DNA from: Parcubacteria group bacterium
GTDB taxonomy: Bacteria > Patescibacteriota > Minisyncoccia > SW-4-49-11
Direction: 5' to 3'
Length of the DNA: 64,000 nucleotides
Assembly (NCBI GenBank): GCA_943354045.1
Contig: CALRBF010000001.1
Span: 4,046 to 68,045, forward strand
Shown here: positions 1 through 9,881 of the stretch, piece after piece
Layout: each line of letters begins with the position of its first letter
How positions within the stretch are numbered: position 1 is the first letter of the stretch
The notes under the pieces: generated by a model
Database searches by the model: none
Told to the model about the DNA's origin: nothing
The model's input: only the letters and a program-made list of their open reading frames with translations
Program-made: the position numbers and the translations under genes

Positions 1-2545
1 CTCCTGTAACACTAAAACTTTCAACAACTGGGCTAATAGAGTCTAATTTAATAGTAATTTTAACACTTGCCTCTGATTTATTGAGGTAAATGTCAAAAGC
101 TCTGACTGTAAGAGTTTTCTCACCCCCAGATGGAGCAATAACCGTTTGATTAATAGTACCTGACTGTGATGATAAGACAGCGACATCATCTAGATAAACA
201 TCTACTTGTTTTACCCCTTGAGCTGCAGTAACCCGAATATCTAATGGAACACTATTACCCGTAATAACAGTACCATTACTTGGACTATTGATAGTAATTT
301 GTGGTTTATTGCCATCAGTATACACACTATCTTTATCATCTGGAATATTAGTAATATATCCTTTTGACCTTGCCCAAGCAAGTACTGGGCCTTCCCAATT
401 ATTAAATTGAGGATCTTCTTGTGGTTTTTTTGGCCAAGCCCCAAGAATATCATCTAATTTTACATAATATAATTCACTGTGTACTGTTTTAACTTCTTGC
501 TCTTGTATAAGTTCTGGTGGGGTACTATCCGTTGCAATTTTTCCTGTTGCAGTATTAATTTTAAATTTTTGATTATATTCAAATCCACCTGTATTTACCA
601 TAGGTTTATTTCCCTTTTTAATTTCTGGCTTCGTAAATTTACCTGGAGTTCTTCCAGCAGCAATAGCTTCTCTCATAAATCTATTCCATATTGGAGCTGC
701 AACTACCGAACCATCAGCCCCATTTTTCATTGGCTTATTATCATTACGCCCTACCCATACTCCAGCAACTAAATTCGTCGTATACCCCACCGTCAAAGCA
801 TCTCTATACTCCTGACTAGTACCAGTTTTTGCAGCAATATCTATACCTGGAATACTAAGATTATTGGTGAATCCAAATACAGGAGACCTTGCATTATTAT
901 CTGAAAGAATATCGGTAACTTGTCTTGCAACATTGGTATCTAATCCCTGCTTTTCTTTTTTCTCCCATGAATATAGTATATCCCCCTTATTATTAGTCAC
1001 CTTCATTAATGGATTAATTGCATTAAACTTACCATCATTAGCAAAAGCAGAATATGATCCGAAATGTTCTATTAATTTAAGTTCCGCTCCACCAAGAGCC
1101 ATCGCGAGTCCAGCTTTTCGTGATTCTGAATAATCTGTAATACCAAGCTCCCCTCCTAATTTAAGAGTATCTTTAATTCCTCCCAAATAAAGGGCTTTTA
1201 CTGCAGGAACATTCAAGGAAGTTGCCAATGCTCTTCGCATAGTAACTGGCCCATTAAATTGCAAATTAAAGTTTTTAGGCTCATATGCTGGAATACCTGG
1301 ATTGGTTTCAAAATTAGTTGGTAAATCAAATACATATGAATCTGGATTATATCCCTTTGTAAAGGCTTCTGAATATACCAAAGGTTTAATTGAGGATCCT
1401 GGTGATTGTGGAGTGGTTAGTACATTCACATTACCATCTGCTTTAGTATCAAAATAATCTTTTGAACCTACCATTGCTAAAATATCTCCATTAGATGGAT
1501 CTATGGCACCAAGGGCAGCATTTTGAGTATCATATTTACCACGAGTCTTTTCTATTTCTTCCTTTACTGTCTTCTCAGCAATTTGCTGCAAATTCCAATC
1601 AAGAGTAGTTTGAACTTTTAACCCTCCCTGATCTAATACATCTTCCCCGAATTGCTCTGCTAATTTTTCACGTACATAAAATACAAAATGAGGGGCTTTA
1701 ATATTTTGCGCGAATGACCGTATTTCTAATTTTTGATCTTTTTGCTGATTATAAGTATCTGCAGAAATATAGTTCTGCTCTTTCATTTTTAATAATACTA
1801 ATTGTTGGCGAGATTCTAATTTATCAAAATTAGATCCATAAGGTGAATAATAAGTTGGTCTTTGAATAATAGCTGCGAGCATTGCTGCCTGATAGGGTTC
1901 TAATTCACTTGGTTTTTTACCAAAGAAAGTTTGCGAGGCTGCTTCAACCCCATAAATATTTCCTCCAAAGGGAATTTCATTTAAATAAAATGCAATAATT
2001 TCATCTTTTGAATATTTTTGCTCAATTTGAATAGCCAAAATAGCCTCTCGTATTTTTCGTATAAGAGATTTATCATTTGTTAATAAAGCATTTTTTACAA
2101 ATTGTTGAGTAATAGTAGATCCTCCACCACCAACACCTTTTCCTGTAATATTTTGAAAGGCTGCTCTTGTTATAGCTGTTGGTCTTACTCCATAGTGTTT
2201 ATAAAATTCTTGATCTTCAATTGATATAAAAGCTTGTTTTAATATATCTGGAATTTGATCTGCGGGAATAATAGTACGATTCTCATTGCCTGAAACCTCA
2301 TATAATAATTGCTCTCCCGTCCTATCGTAAATTTGTGTAGATTGCACAACTTTACGATTATCAAGATTAACAACACTTGGTAAATCCTTAGCTACATATA
2401 CATAAATAACAATAAAAATTACTATAGCAAATATGAATAACCCTAATAAAGTTCTATATGTTATTTTTACCCATTTTTTACTCCAAAAAGAAGGCTTTTT
2501 ATGAATAGCTTTTTGAAGTTCATGGGATTTATGTTTCTTTTTCAT
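1..2545 (-). CDS. Class A penicillin-binding protein (PBP1A; bifunctional transglycosylase/transpeptidase). Partial: the C-terminus runs off the window start.
   Basis: The minus-strand translation from ATG at 2545 has an N-terminal TM segment. It carries the GT51 motif 'EDQEFYKHYGV', a transpeptidase region, and C-terminal Ig-like repeats that continue to position 1 without a stop. Confidence 0.8.
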   Translation of the reverse strand, partial: MKKKHKSHELQKAIHKKPSFWSKKWVKITYRTLLGLFIFAIVIFIVIYVYVAKDLPSVVNLDNRKVVQSTQIYDRTGEQLLYEVSGNENRTIIPADQIPDILKQAFISIEDQEFYKHYGVRPTAITRAAFQNITGKGVGGGGSTITQQFVKNALLTNDKSLIRKIREAILAIQIEQKYSKDEIIAFYLNEIPFGGNIYGVEAASQTFFGKKPSELEPYQAAMLAAIIQRPTYYSPYGSNFDKLESRQQLVLLKMKEQNYISADTYNQQKDQKLEIRSFAQNIKAPHFVFYVREKLAEQFGEDVLDQGGLKVQTTLDWNLQQIAEKTVKEEIEKTRGKYDTQNAALGAIDPSNGDILAMVGSKDYFDTKADGNVNVLTTPQSPGSSIKPLVYSEAFTKGYNPDSYVFDLPTNFETNPGIPAYEPKNFNLQFNGPVTMRRALATSLNVPAVKALYLGGIKDTLKLGGELGITDYSESRKAGLAMALGGAELKLIEHFGSYSAFANDGKFNAINPLMKVTNNKGDILYSWEKKEKQGLDTNVARQVTDILSDNNARSPVFGFTNNLSIPGIDIAAKTGTSQEYRDALTVGYTTNLVAGVWVGRNDNKPMKNGADGSVVAAPIWNRFMREAIAAGRTPGKFTKPEIKKGNKPMVNTGGFEYNQKFKINTATGKIATDSTPPELIQEQEVKTVHSELYYVKLDDILGAWPKKPQEDPQFNNWEGPVLAWARSKGYITNIPDDKDSVYTDGNKPQITINSPSNGTVITGNSVPLDIRVTAAQGVKQVDVYLDDVAVLSSQSGTINQTVIAPSGGEKTLTVRAFDIYLNKSEASVKITIKLDSISPVVESFSVTG

Positions 2546-2572
2546 AGCTATATATTAAAAATATATATTTTT

Positions 2573-2914
2573 TTATGAAACTGCCTCCTCTGCTTCTGGC
2601 AATATGTCTAATCTTCTCTCATCTATTTCTTCTCCCGTATGAATATCTCTTCCATATGTTCCTGCTTCAATTCTAGCTAAAGCTCTATCAATTTTTCCTA
2701 ATGTCTCTTCTAGAGTTCCCTCTACAAGCAGATCTCGCTCATAATTAACTTGTTCTTGAGCATTATCTTCTTCATCCTCGCTGATATTCTGATATTTAAC
2801 TTCATACCCAGACCCTATACTGTCTTTAGTTGCTACAGAATCAAGCTCTGAGATAATTCTTTGTCTTTTTTCAAGAAGTCTATTACGATAGATTTCTAAT
2901 TTTACTGAATCCAT
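2573..2914 (-). CDS. DksA/TraR-family protein lacking the C4 zinc-finger cysteines
   Basis: 113 aa. A coiled-coil is followed by 'ALARIEAGTYGRDIHTGEEIDERRLDILPEA', which is a DksA/TraR C-terminal motif with the Cys residues replaced. Confidence 0.55.
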   Translation of the reverse strand: MDSVKLEIYRNRLLEKRQRIISELDSVATKDSIGSGYEVKYQNISEDEEDNAQEQVNYERDLLVEGTLEETLGKIDRALARIEAGTYGRDIHTGEEIDERRLDILPEAEEAVS

Positions 2915-2951
2915 ATATGTATACTAATTTTATACTTACTATTATAGTATA

Positions 2952-3716
2952 TTATACTAGAGAAGTAAATACAAGTAATCCCAATAATATACTAATTAAT
3001 ACTATTCTAGCTAATATTTTTTTAGTATTTAATGTTCTCAAATAAATATCCCGAAATATGGATAGAGAGAATATCAAAAAAGTAGTTAATATAATTGATT
3101 GAGTAAGATGTGTTAATGGCAAAACTCTAAGCCCAATGAATAGCTCAACAATTATTATAGAGAGTATTAATGACATAATACGATAAAACACACGATCAAC
3201 CCCATACATCCATAAAATATATAATGAAATATTGAGTGTAGAAATAAAAGCAAGAATACCAAGTATGATTGGTGATATTGTTCCAATAAATATAGACCCA
3301 AACAAAAAGGCATAAGTGGAAAAGGATACAAATATACTTCCAGATATAATAATTTGGCGCATAAATTCTGAATTGCGATATTCTTTATGAGAAATAATAT
3401 CTTGTACAAAGAATAATCCCAATCCTAAAGCAATTACAATAACAGCAATGGGTACGGTATTCCCTTTTATAACTTGCATAAATAGAATCGATGCGAGAAT
3501 AAAATGCAAAGGAATTTGATAAGACCTTATTCTGTACCGATATAAAAAGACTAAGTATGCGATTAATCCACATAATCCTAATATTCCAAATGAACTCAAT
3601 AGAGGCTGTATCTTTTGAATTGTATAAAGATAAGCGGGAAAAAATCCAATGAGCAATATAATATTCCAAAAATTTTTCTGGAATATTATTTGTTGTAACC
3701 ATTTCACATACTGCAT
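2952..3716 (-). CDS. Polytopic integral membrane protein (~8 TM), function unknown
   Basis: 254 aa. The hydrophobic segments are spaced like a multi-TM protein. It is the last membrane gene of the 2573-9337 operon. Confidence 0.55.
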   Translation of the reverse strand: MQYVKWLQQIIFQKNFWNIILLIGFFPAYLYTIQKIQPLLSSFGILGLCGLIAYLVFLYRYRIRSYQIPLHFILASILFMQVIKGNTVPIAVIVIALGLGLFFVQDIISHKEYRNSEFMRQIIISGSIFVSFSTYAFLFGSIFIGTISPIILGILAFISTLNISLYILWMYGVDRVFYRIMSLILSIIIVELFIGLRVLPLTHLTQSIILTTFLIFSLSIFRDIYLRTLNTKKILARIVLISILLGLLVFTSLV

Positions 3717-3719
3717 ATA

Positions 3720-5621
3720 TTATCTCCGAAACTTGATTGATCTTCCTTGTGGTATATTATTTTTTGTAGGTTCTTTAGGTACCATGAGATTTGACTTTAC
3801 TTCAGATAATAATTCATCTAAAAGTCCATCTACACTTAATTTTTCTTCTTGGCTTGAGACATGTAAATCTTTTAGGAATTTTTCTTTAATTAAATATTCT
3901 GATTCTCCATAAGCGGAAGTCGATCTACTGAATACCTCTTTTAATTTTTTTGCCATTATGGGATTTACATATTCGACTGGATCAGAAGGAGGAATATCTT
4001 GCTTCACTTCTGGAATAACTTCTTTTTTTTTCTCCTCTACTTGTGTGGCAGTATCAGCAAGTTGGGTGGATATAGGAGGAATAATCTCCTCCTTAGGGAT
4101 AGGATGATTTTCTATTTTCTCATCTATTTTGGGAGTCGTATCTATAGGCTGTAATGGTAGTATAGGAGTGATATCAGTCGCATCTTTAGGTATAGGATTT
4201 TCTTGCTCTGATTTTGGATAAACTATAGGATTAGGTTTATTTGATGCATTATATGACTTTGATTTATCATTATAAGGTCTGGATTTATTATCTCTGTCTG
4301 ATGAGGCTTTTGCTTGGGGCTCTGGAGATTTTTTAATGTCTGTATTCTCAATATGCGCTCCTCTCAGCGAAGATTTAGCATTTCCATATGTTTGACGAGA
4401 GAATTCAATAATTTTATCCCTATTGGATATCAACTCTGGCTCTGGATCAGGAAGTGTATCCGCACTAAAAGGCTGACTGGTAACTCCATCTATCATAAGT
4501 TTCAAATATATTCTCCATTTTGGAAGATTAACTAAATCTTCAATAGTAAGCACTGGAGTAAATTCTCTTTCCATAAATTCAGCATCAGCTGCTCCAATTC
4601 TAAATACAATAGTAGTACCAACATTTCCAAATACTGCACCTCTTACAATTTCAGATAATTGCTCTACATATTGATGGGCCAAAATAAGACTTAATCGATA
4701 TTTGCGAGCTTCTGATAATATTTCTGCAAAAGAATCAGTAGAAAAGTTTTGAAACTCATCGATATAGGCATAAAAATCTTCTCTTTGATTCTCTGGTATA
4801 TCCACACGACTCATAGCAGCTAATTGCATTTTGGTAATCATCATCGCTCCCAGTAATTGAGCTCCACCCTCCCCCACAGCACCCTTAGAAAGATTCATAA
4901 TCAAAATTTTCTTTTGATCCATAATTTCACGCAAATTAAAAGAAGATTTTGCCTGTCCAATAATATTACGTATCAGTGGAGACGATGTAAATTGACCTAC
5001 TTTATTTTGAATTGGTGAAATAGCCTCAACCAATAATTTGTCTGTATATCCATCAAATTCATTTAACCAAAATTGCTTTAATACAGGATCATGCATTTTA
5101 TATACAATATTAGCTCGGAAATTCTTATCTACCAGAATACGCATAATATCAAGCAAAGTACTTTCTTCATTTTCAAGCAAAGTCAATATGGTATTGCGAA
5201 GTATATATTCAAGTCTTGGCCCCCAAGAATCCGCCCAAATTTTCTTAAATACTCCCACCAAACCATCGGATACAATATGCCTTTGATTTTCTGGCACATC
5301 ACCAAGTACATTAAAGGCAATAGGAAATTCTAAATCTTGTGGATTAAAATACACTACATCTTTTATACGATGTTCTGGAATATAATCAAGTAAGGCATCC
5401 GCCACATCTCCATGGGGATCAACAAAAGCAAGTCCTGATCCATTTCTAATATCAGACACCGCCATATTCAATAGAAGAGAGGTTTTACCCATACCTGTTT
5501 TTCCAATAATATGCATATGTCGACGCCTATCATCTCGCTTAATACCAAAAAGTCTTCCCTGACCATGAAAATTAGTCTTAGCAACAATGGTAATATCTTT
5601 ATTTGTTTGATTTTCACTCAT
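3720..5621 (-). CDS. TraD/TraG/VirD4-like (type IV coupling-protein family) P-loop ATPase, with no N-terminal membrane anchor and a C-terminal K/P/E-rich low-complexity tail
   Basis: Walker A 'IIGKTGMGKTS' at residue ~41. Coupling-protein signature 'VDPHGD'. Walker B-like 'YIDEFQNF'. 'LILAHQYVEQL' resembles the TraG-D_C region. The last ~230 aa are a disordered, Pro/Lys-rich tail. Confidence 0.7.
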   Translation of the reverse strand: MSENQTNKDITIVAKTNFHGQGRLFGIKRDDRRRHMHIIGKTGMGKTSLLLNMAVSDIRNGSGLAFVDPHGDVADALLDYIPEHRIKDVVYFNPQDLEFPIAFNVLGDVPENQRHIVSDGLVGVFKKIWADSWGPRLEYILRNTILTLLENEESTLLDIMRILVDKNFRANIVYKMHDPVLKQFWLNEFDGYTDKLLVEAISPIQNKVGQFTSSPLIRNIIGQAKSSFNLREIMDQKKILIMNLSKGAVGEGGAQLLGAMMITKMQLAAMSRVDIPENQREDFYAYIDEFQNFSTDSFAEILSEARKYRLSLILAHQYVEQLSEIVRGAVFGNVGTTIVFRIGAADAEFMEREFTPVLTIEDLVNLPKWRIYLKLMIDGVTSQPFSADTLPDPEPELISNRDKIIEFSRQTYGNAKSSLRGAHIENTDIKKSPEPQAKASSDRDNKSRPYNDKSKSYNASNKPNPIVYPKSEQENPIPKDATDITPILPLQPIDTTPKIDEKIENHPIPKEEIIPPISTQLADTATQVEEKKKEVIPEVKQDIPPSDPVEYVNPIMAKKLKEVFSRSTSAYGESEYLIKEKFLKDLHVSSQEEKLSVDGLLDELLSEVKSNLMVPKEPTKNNIPQGRSIKFRR

Positions 5622-5630
5622 ACTATTTGA

Positions 5631-6911
5631 TTACTCATTGATAATAGGAAGTCCCATAGGGGGATTTGCTTTTTTAGCTTGTACTCTTTTAAGAGTTGAG
5701 GTGGTAATTGATCCTCCTGGAAAATGAAAGATAGTTGTTAATTCCTCCGTATTAAAAATAAATTTTGTACTCGCAATTTTACGCTTAATATAACTATCTA
5801 ACATTAATATTTTACGGAGACGTTCTTTGCCACGAATAGGTCTATTAAAGAAATCACTTACTATAGTTATACTATCTTCATTTGGTTTAAAAGAATTAAG
5901 ATTAGAATCATTAAATTGTTTTAAGCTACCAAGTAATGCTTTTGGTTGATTTGGGTTAAATCGAGCTTTTGGAGCTACATATACAACTCTTAAAGCTGTT
6001 TTAAATCCTGGTTTAGTCATACTAAGTTCAATAGTCTCTATAATATTTTTTTTACCTGGAGTCAAATTTTGATCTATACCAAATTTTTGTTCTTTTGGAG
6101 TAGGTGCTGATGGGGCTTTAACAATACCAAATGAAATAAATTCAATAATAGGAGCTATATAGATATCTAGGAATGTTCTCTTATCTTCAAAGTCACGATC
6201 CAGTAGCTTATCTAATTCTTTTTTACTCACCTTATTCCATGTATCCTCAAGAGACTCAATAGGTAATTGCATCCATAATTGCTCATCTGGCTCTATCCCA
6301 GCCATTACTTCTAATACCTGAGACAATGGATCATTGATATTAGCATCAATACTTGGATCAAGGAATTGTTGATAGGTGCGAATTGGATAAGCATCGTTTT
6401 TTGCCATACCAAGATCTACACCAAAAAGATCATATTCAACCTCTAATGTATCATTGGTAAATCCTTGGGTATAATCAGCAACCTCCATTATTTCCACCTC
6501 CGGAAAAGCCCCATATATACCGTTTTCTACCATTTTACGATATTTGACATGAGTTCTTATGAGAAAGTGAATATCTCCTCCAATTGATACAATTTCCAGA
6601 GAAAACATATCTGGAAGAGCTCCTTCTATATTAGTCTCCCACCAAGAATAGGAAGTTTGCCCCCCATGTAGGGTAGTCAAAAATTGCTCCATTGATTTAG
6701 GCGTTTTTTCTTCTCCTTTTTCTAATACAATTTCAAGTAATACAAATTGCAAATTATTACGAATCCAATTCCCTCGAATAAAATCAAAATAAAATGTTCT
6801 CAGTATAGTCCATAATATTATTGGAAGCCAAATCCACCAAAAAGATAGAATAAATTCAAAAATAAAAAATGCCTGATTTATGTTTATATAAGATAAAGTA
6901 TCACTAGGCAT
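5631..6911 (-). CDS. Membrane-anchored protein of unknown function (N-terminal TM hairpin plus a ~380-aa soluble domain)
   Basis: 426 aa. N-terminal 'FFIFEFILSFWWIWLPIILWTIL'. It is separated from the downstream ATPase gene by only ~10 bp. Confidence 0.55.
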   Translation of the reverse strand: MPSDTLSYININQAFFIFEFILSFWWIWLPIILWTILRTFYFDFIRGNWIRNNLQFVLLEIVLEKGEEKTPKSMEQFLTTLHGGQTSYSWWETNIEGALPDMFSLEIVSIGGDIHFLIRTHVKYRKMVENGIYGAFPEVEIMEVADYTQGFTNDTLEVEYDLFGVDLGMAKNDAYPIRTYQQFLDPSIDANINDPLSQVLEVMAGIEPDEQLWMQLPIESLEDTWNKVSKKELDKLLDRDFEDKRTFLDIYIAPIIEFISFGIVKAPSAPTPKEQKFGIDQNLTPGKKNIIETIELSMTKPGFKTALRVVYVAPKARFNPNQPKALLGSLKQFNDSNLNSFKPNEDSITIVSDFFNRPIRGKERLRKILMLDSYIKRKIASTKFIFNTEELTTIFHFPGGSITTSTLKRVQAKKANPPMGLPIINE

Positions 6912-6966
6912 ACATTTGTGTCTATTATATGTATCAAGTATATCAGGAAATATTTTGTTCGTCTAC

Positions 6967-8109
6967 TTATAAAGTTGTCTTTTCTAATAAATCGGTAAGC
7001 CTCGTATTAAGCTCTTTACCTGCAGTATGTATATCCTTGTCTGAGGCATAACTATATACCAAAACTCCTTCATCATATTCACCATCCAAATCTGAAAGAA
7101 AATGAGCCATATCAAATTTAGAAAAATCTAAATATCCTTGTTTGGTACTATTCCCATTATCAAGCAAAATATGTAATCCCAAGTTGTCACTTGGTAAATA
7201 GGACAATATTGTTCGATATATCAGAGGTATATCCTTAGCCTTGGTATGAGTTTTAGAAAAATCATGGGGAAAAAGCTTAGAATACGCATAACGATGTTTC
7301 ACTCCTTGAATAGTGATTTCTATCCATTCTAAATGAGCTAGAATACGGCCAATAAGTAATCTCTGACTATCTGTAATAAGACTATTAAGAGCATTATCAA
7401 TAGCGGTATAATCAACTCCTAATTCTCTCATCTCAATAATTGCTTTGTCTACTGCTAATGTACGAGATGATAATAATAAAGAGAATAACAGGGCATTACA
7501 AATATTTTCATTCCAAGCATTGGGATAATACGTTTTAATATAGTCAATAATAATCTCAGCATTAGAATTATAGGCTGAATTATATATTGTTTTTTCAGAA
7601 TAAGGATGCTTTATATCAAAGGCTGATATAGCAAGAGAAGGTGTATCAATCAATATATGGGGATAATCTGTAAAATATTGTCCTAATTGAGTCCAGTTTT
7701 GTGTATCTAATGTTACTACCAAATCATAAGAATATTTGCCAGGAGTAATAGTAACTAATTCTGATTGGAATTTTTCTGAAGGTGAATTGAGATAAATCCT
7801 GAGCTCAGAATCTGTTCTATCATATTTGAGAGATTCAATAGGATATTTGGTAGTATCAATAGAAATTATTGACTCTACAGAACCTTGTAATATTGAAGTT
7901 ATCATAGAAGTATCAATCATAGTCAATACTTGCTGTATATGAGTATATGAGGATATAATACTTACTTGTTTTCCCTCAGATTGTAATAAAGAAGCTAAAG
8001 CTAGGGCTGATCCTAATATATGTATTCCATGAATTTCTGGAATTGGAATTACAATTGACTGAGCATTTTGTAATGTCTCATGCATTAATGTCAAATCTGA
8101 TACAGCCAT
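6967..8109 (-). CDS. DHH/DHHA1-like (NrnA/RecJ-fold) protein with degenerate catalytic motifs
   Basis: N-terminal 'SIVIPIPEIHGIHILGSALALASLL' aligns to DHH motif I-II but without the Asp/His residues. C-terminal 'DIHTAGKEL' resembles the DHHA1 GGGH..AAG motif. Confidence 0.4.
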   Translation of the reverse strand: MAVSDLTLMHETLQNAQSIVIPIPEIHGIHILGSALALASLLQSEGKQVSIISSYTHIQQVLTMIDTSMITSILQGSVESIISIDTTKYPIESLKYDRTDSELRIYLNSPSEKFQSELVTITPGKYSYDLVVTLDTQNWTQLGQYFTDYPHILIDTPSLAISAFDIKHPYSEKTIYNSAYNSNAEIIIDYIKTYYPNAWNENICNALLFSLLLSSRTLAVDKAIIEMRELGVDYTAIDNALNSLITDSQRLLIGRILAHLEWIEITIQGVKHRYAYSKLFPHDFSKTHTKAKDIPLIYRTILSYLPSDNLGLHILLDNGNSTKQGYLDFSKFDMAHFLSDLDGEYDEGVLVYSYASDKDIHTAGKELNTRLTDLLEKTTL

Positions 8110-8172
8110 ATACTACTTTTATATAGAGCATCATTATACCAAAATACTTATATATAGTCAAAAAATATTCTC

Positions 8173-8490
8173 CTAAGCTTGCCTTAATAAATCTTTTATC
8201 CCCTGTATAAATTCAGATAATTCTTTGTCTAGAATTACATTTTGTATATCGTTCTCTGAATCTAATGCAATTTTTATTATAGATTGATTATTAATAGTAA
8301 TATATATATACCGTTCTCTTACAAATAATGCACGAGGATATGAGATCAGAACAGGAATATAATTGTTTTCTGTATTTACAAAGTTAATGATAAAAGACCC
8401 ATATTGCAATAATTCTTGTGCAATAAATTCATAACTATCTATATGATTATAGGCTTCTCCATAGTGTGGTGAGAGATTTGCTGAATTCAT
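8173..8490 (-). CDS. Hypothetical protein
   Basis: 105-aa ORF packed tightly in the operon, with no recognisable motif. Confidence 0.45.
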   Translation of the reverse strand: MNSANLSPHYGEAYNHIDSYEFIAQELLQYGSFIINFVNTENNYIPVLISYPRALFVRERYIYITINNQSIIKIALDSENDIQNVILDKELSEFIQGIKDLLRQA

Positions 8491-8493
8491 AGT

Positions 8494-9117
8494 TTAGAAT
8501 TTACTAATAAGGAAATAATATAATGCTGGTTGATAGTCTTCCGCCCATTCACGAGCCTGAGATTCACCATCGCTATCAGGTGGGAAACAATTCCCCATCA
8601 AACGATAACAATAATCTTGTAAGCTTTTACTATAGGTATATAAAACCGGTATTGCAGATTGTTGAAATAATGGTATTGCATAATAAAAGTCGCCTATTTT
8701 GATATTATGAATAAAAGGGGTTTTGATGGCAAGTAAAATCATTTTAATAATTCTTGTTGCCATACCTACATCTCGAGTTTTGGTTTTACCCATAAAGTAA
8801 TTCCCATTTTGTAGTAATTTTTCTTCTCCGTTAGAATGGGCATAACTCCGAATATTTGGCTCAATTCTAGAGTCCATATAGGCATAATGATCTAACATTG
8901 AAGGCTGAGTATATTCATTCTCTTCATGAGGTGGTAATAATTCAAACACTTCTGTGTGTTTTTTGACTACAGAAGCTGGAATTTGGACCATTCCATATGG
9001 CTTAACTTTTACATAAGAATCCAAATCTCGCATATATTCAATAATATCTCCACGACGCAAATATGTCATGGTATGAATATATTCGAAATCTTGATTGAGT
9101 TTATACCTGTCAGCCAT
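8494..9117 (-). CDS. Hypothetical protein
   Basis: 207-aa ORF. It is 3 bp downstream of the preceding gene's stop codon. No motif recognised. Confidence 0.5.
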   Translation of the reverse strand: MADRYKLNQDFEYIHTMTYLRRGDIIEYMRDLDSYVKVKPYGMVQIPASVVKKHTEVFELLPPHEENEYTQPSMLDHYAYMDSRIEPNIRSYAHSNGEEKLLQNGNYFMGKTKTRDVGMATRIIKMILLAIKTPFIHNIKIGDFYYAIPLFQQSAIPVLYTYSKSLQDYCYRLMGNCFPPDSDGESQAREWAEDYQPALYYFLISKF

Positions 9118-9118
9118 A

Positions 9119-9337
9119 TTATGTTAACAAAAATATAACTTGAGTAAGTACGAGAGATGCCCCAATACTCCATATTCCCATTACAATAAAAGAAAAACTT
9201 CTCAGCTCACCTTTTTCATTTGGAGACATTTGTTGAATAAATCCAGTGCTTACTAATACAAACATAGTAGCTATCGTACTAGTAACTGCGATTGATATCA
9301 GGGATAATGCCCATACTTGTATAAATTCTGTCGCCAT
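9119..9337 (-). CDS. Small membrane protein (2 TM). First gene of the operon.
   Basis: 72 aa, with two hydrophobic helices. Its stop is 1 bp from the next gene's start. Confidence 0.4.
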   Translation of the reverse strand: MATEFIQVWALSLISIAVTSTIATMFVLVSTGFIQQMSPNEKGELRSFSFIVMGIWSIGASLVLTQVIFLLT

Positions 9338-9458
9338 AGTCTCAAGAGCTGATTATTAAGCGTCCTCATGCTATATAGCTTTGAGAACTTTTAAATATAT
9401 CATATCCATATTATTTTGTCAATAGCAAATTACAAGTAAAATGACAAGAGCTGTCAAA

Positions 9459-9489
9459 TAAAAAAGATGCTGTATGATACAGCATCTTT
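9459..9489. terminator. Bidirectional rho-independent terminator hairpin
   Basis: 'aaaaaagatgctgtatgatacagcatctttt' is a perfect 11-bp palindrome flanked by A and T runs. It lies between divergent/convergent transcription units. Confidence 0.5.
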
Positions 9490-9881
9490 TGAGACAAGAA
9501 GCTATCAATGAAATTAAACAAAAGATGGAGAAGTTATTAGAATTTTGAGCTCATGAATAACTGCCATTGATTCATTGGGAAAATCAAGAGTTACTCGACT
9601 TGAAAGAGCACTTTCCGTAAACTCTCTTCCTGCGTAATGAGATCCAAGAATCGCGACAATATCTTCATCCCAAAATAGTTTTTCTCTAAAGTGTGCTTCT
9701 ATAATTTCTTGGGAGGGAAGCTTGAGCATGGTGTCCATAAAAAGAACGGGTGTACATATCGGTATTATATCTATACAATATATATTTGTCAATAGTCTAC
9801 ATCTATTTATTATTAAAAGAAAAATCGGCTCCTGGAGAAGCCGATATGTGATACGCAGCTGTTTAGAGTACAGCATTAAAT

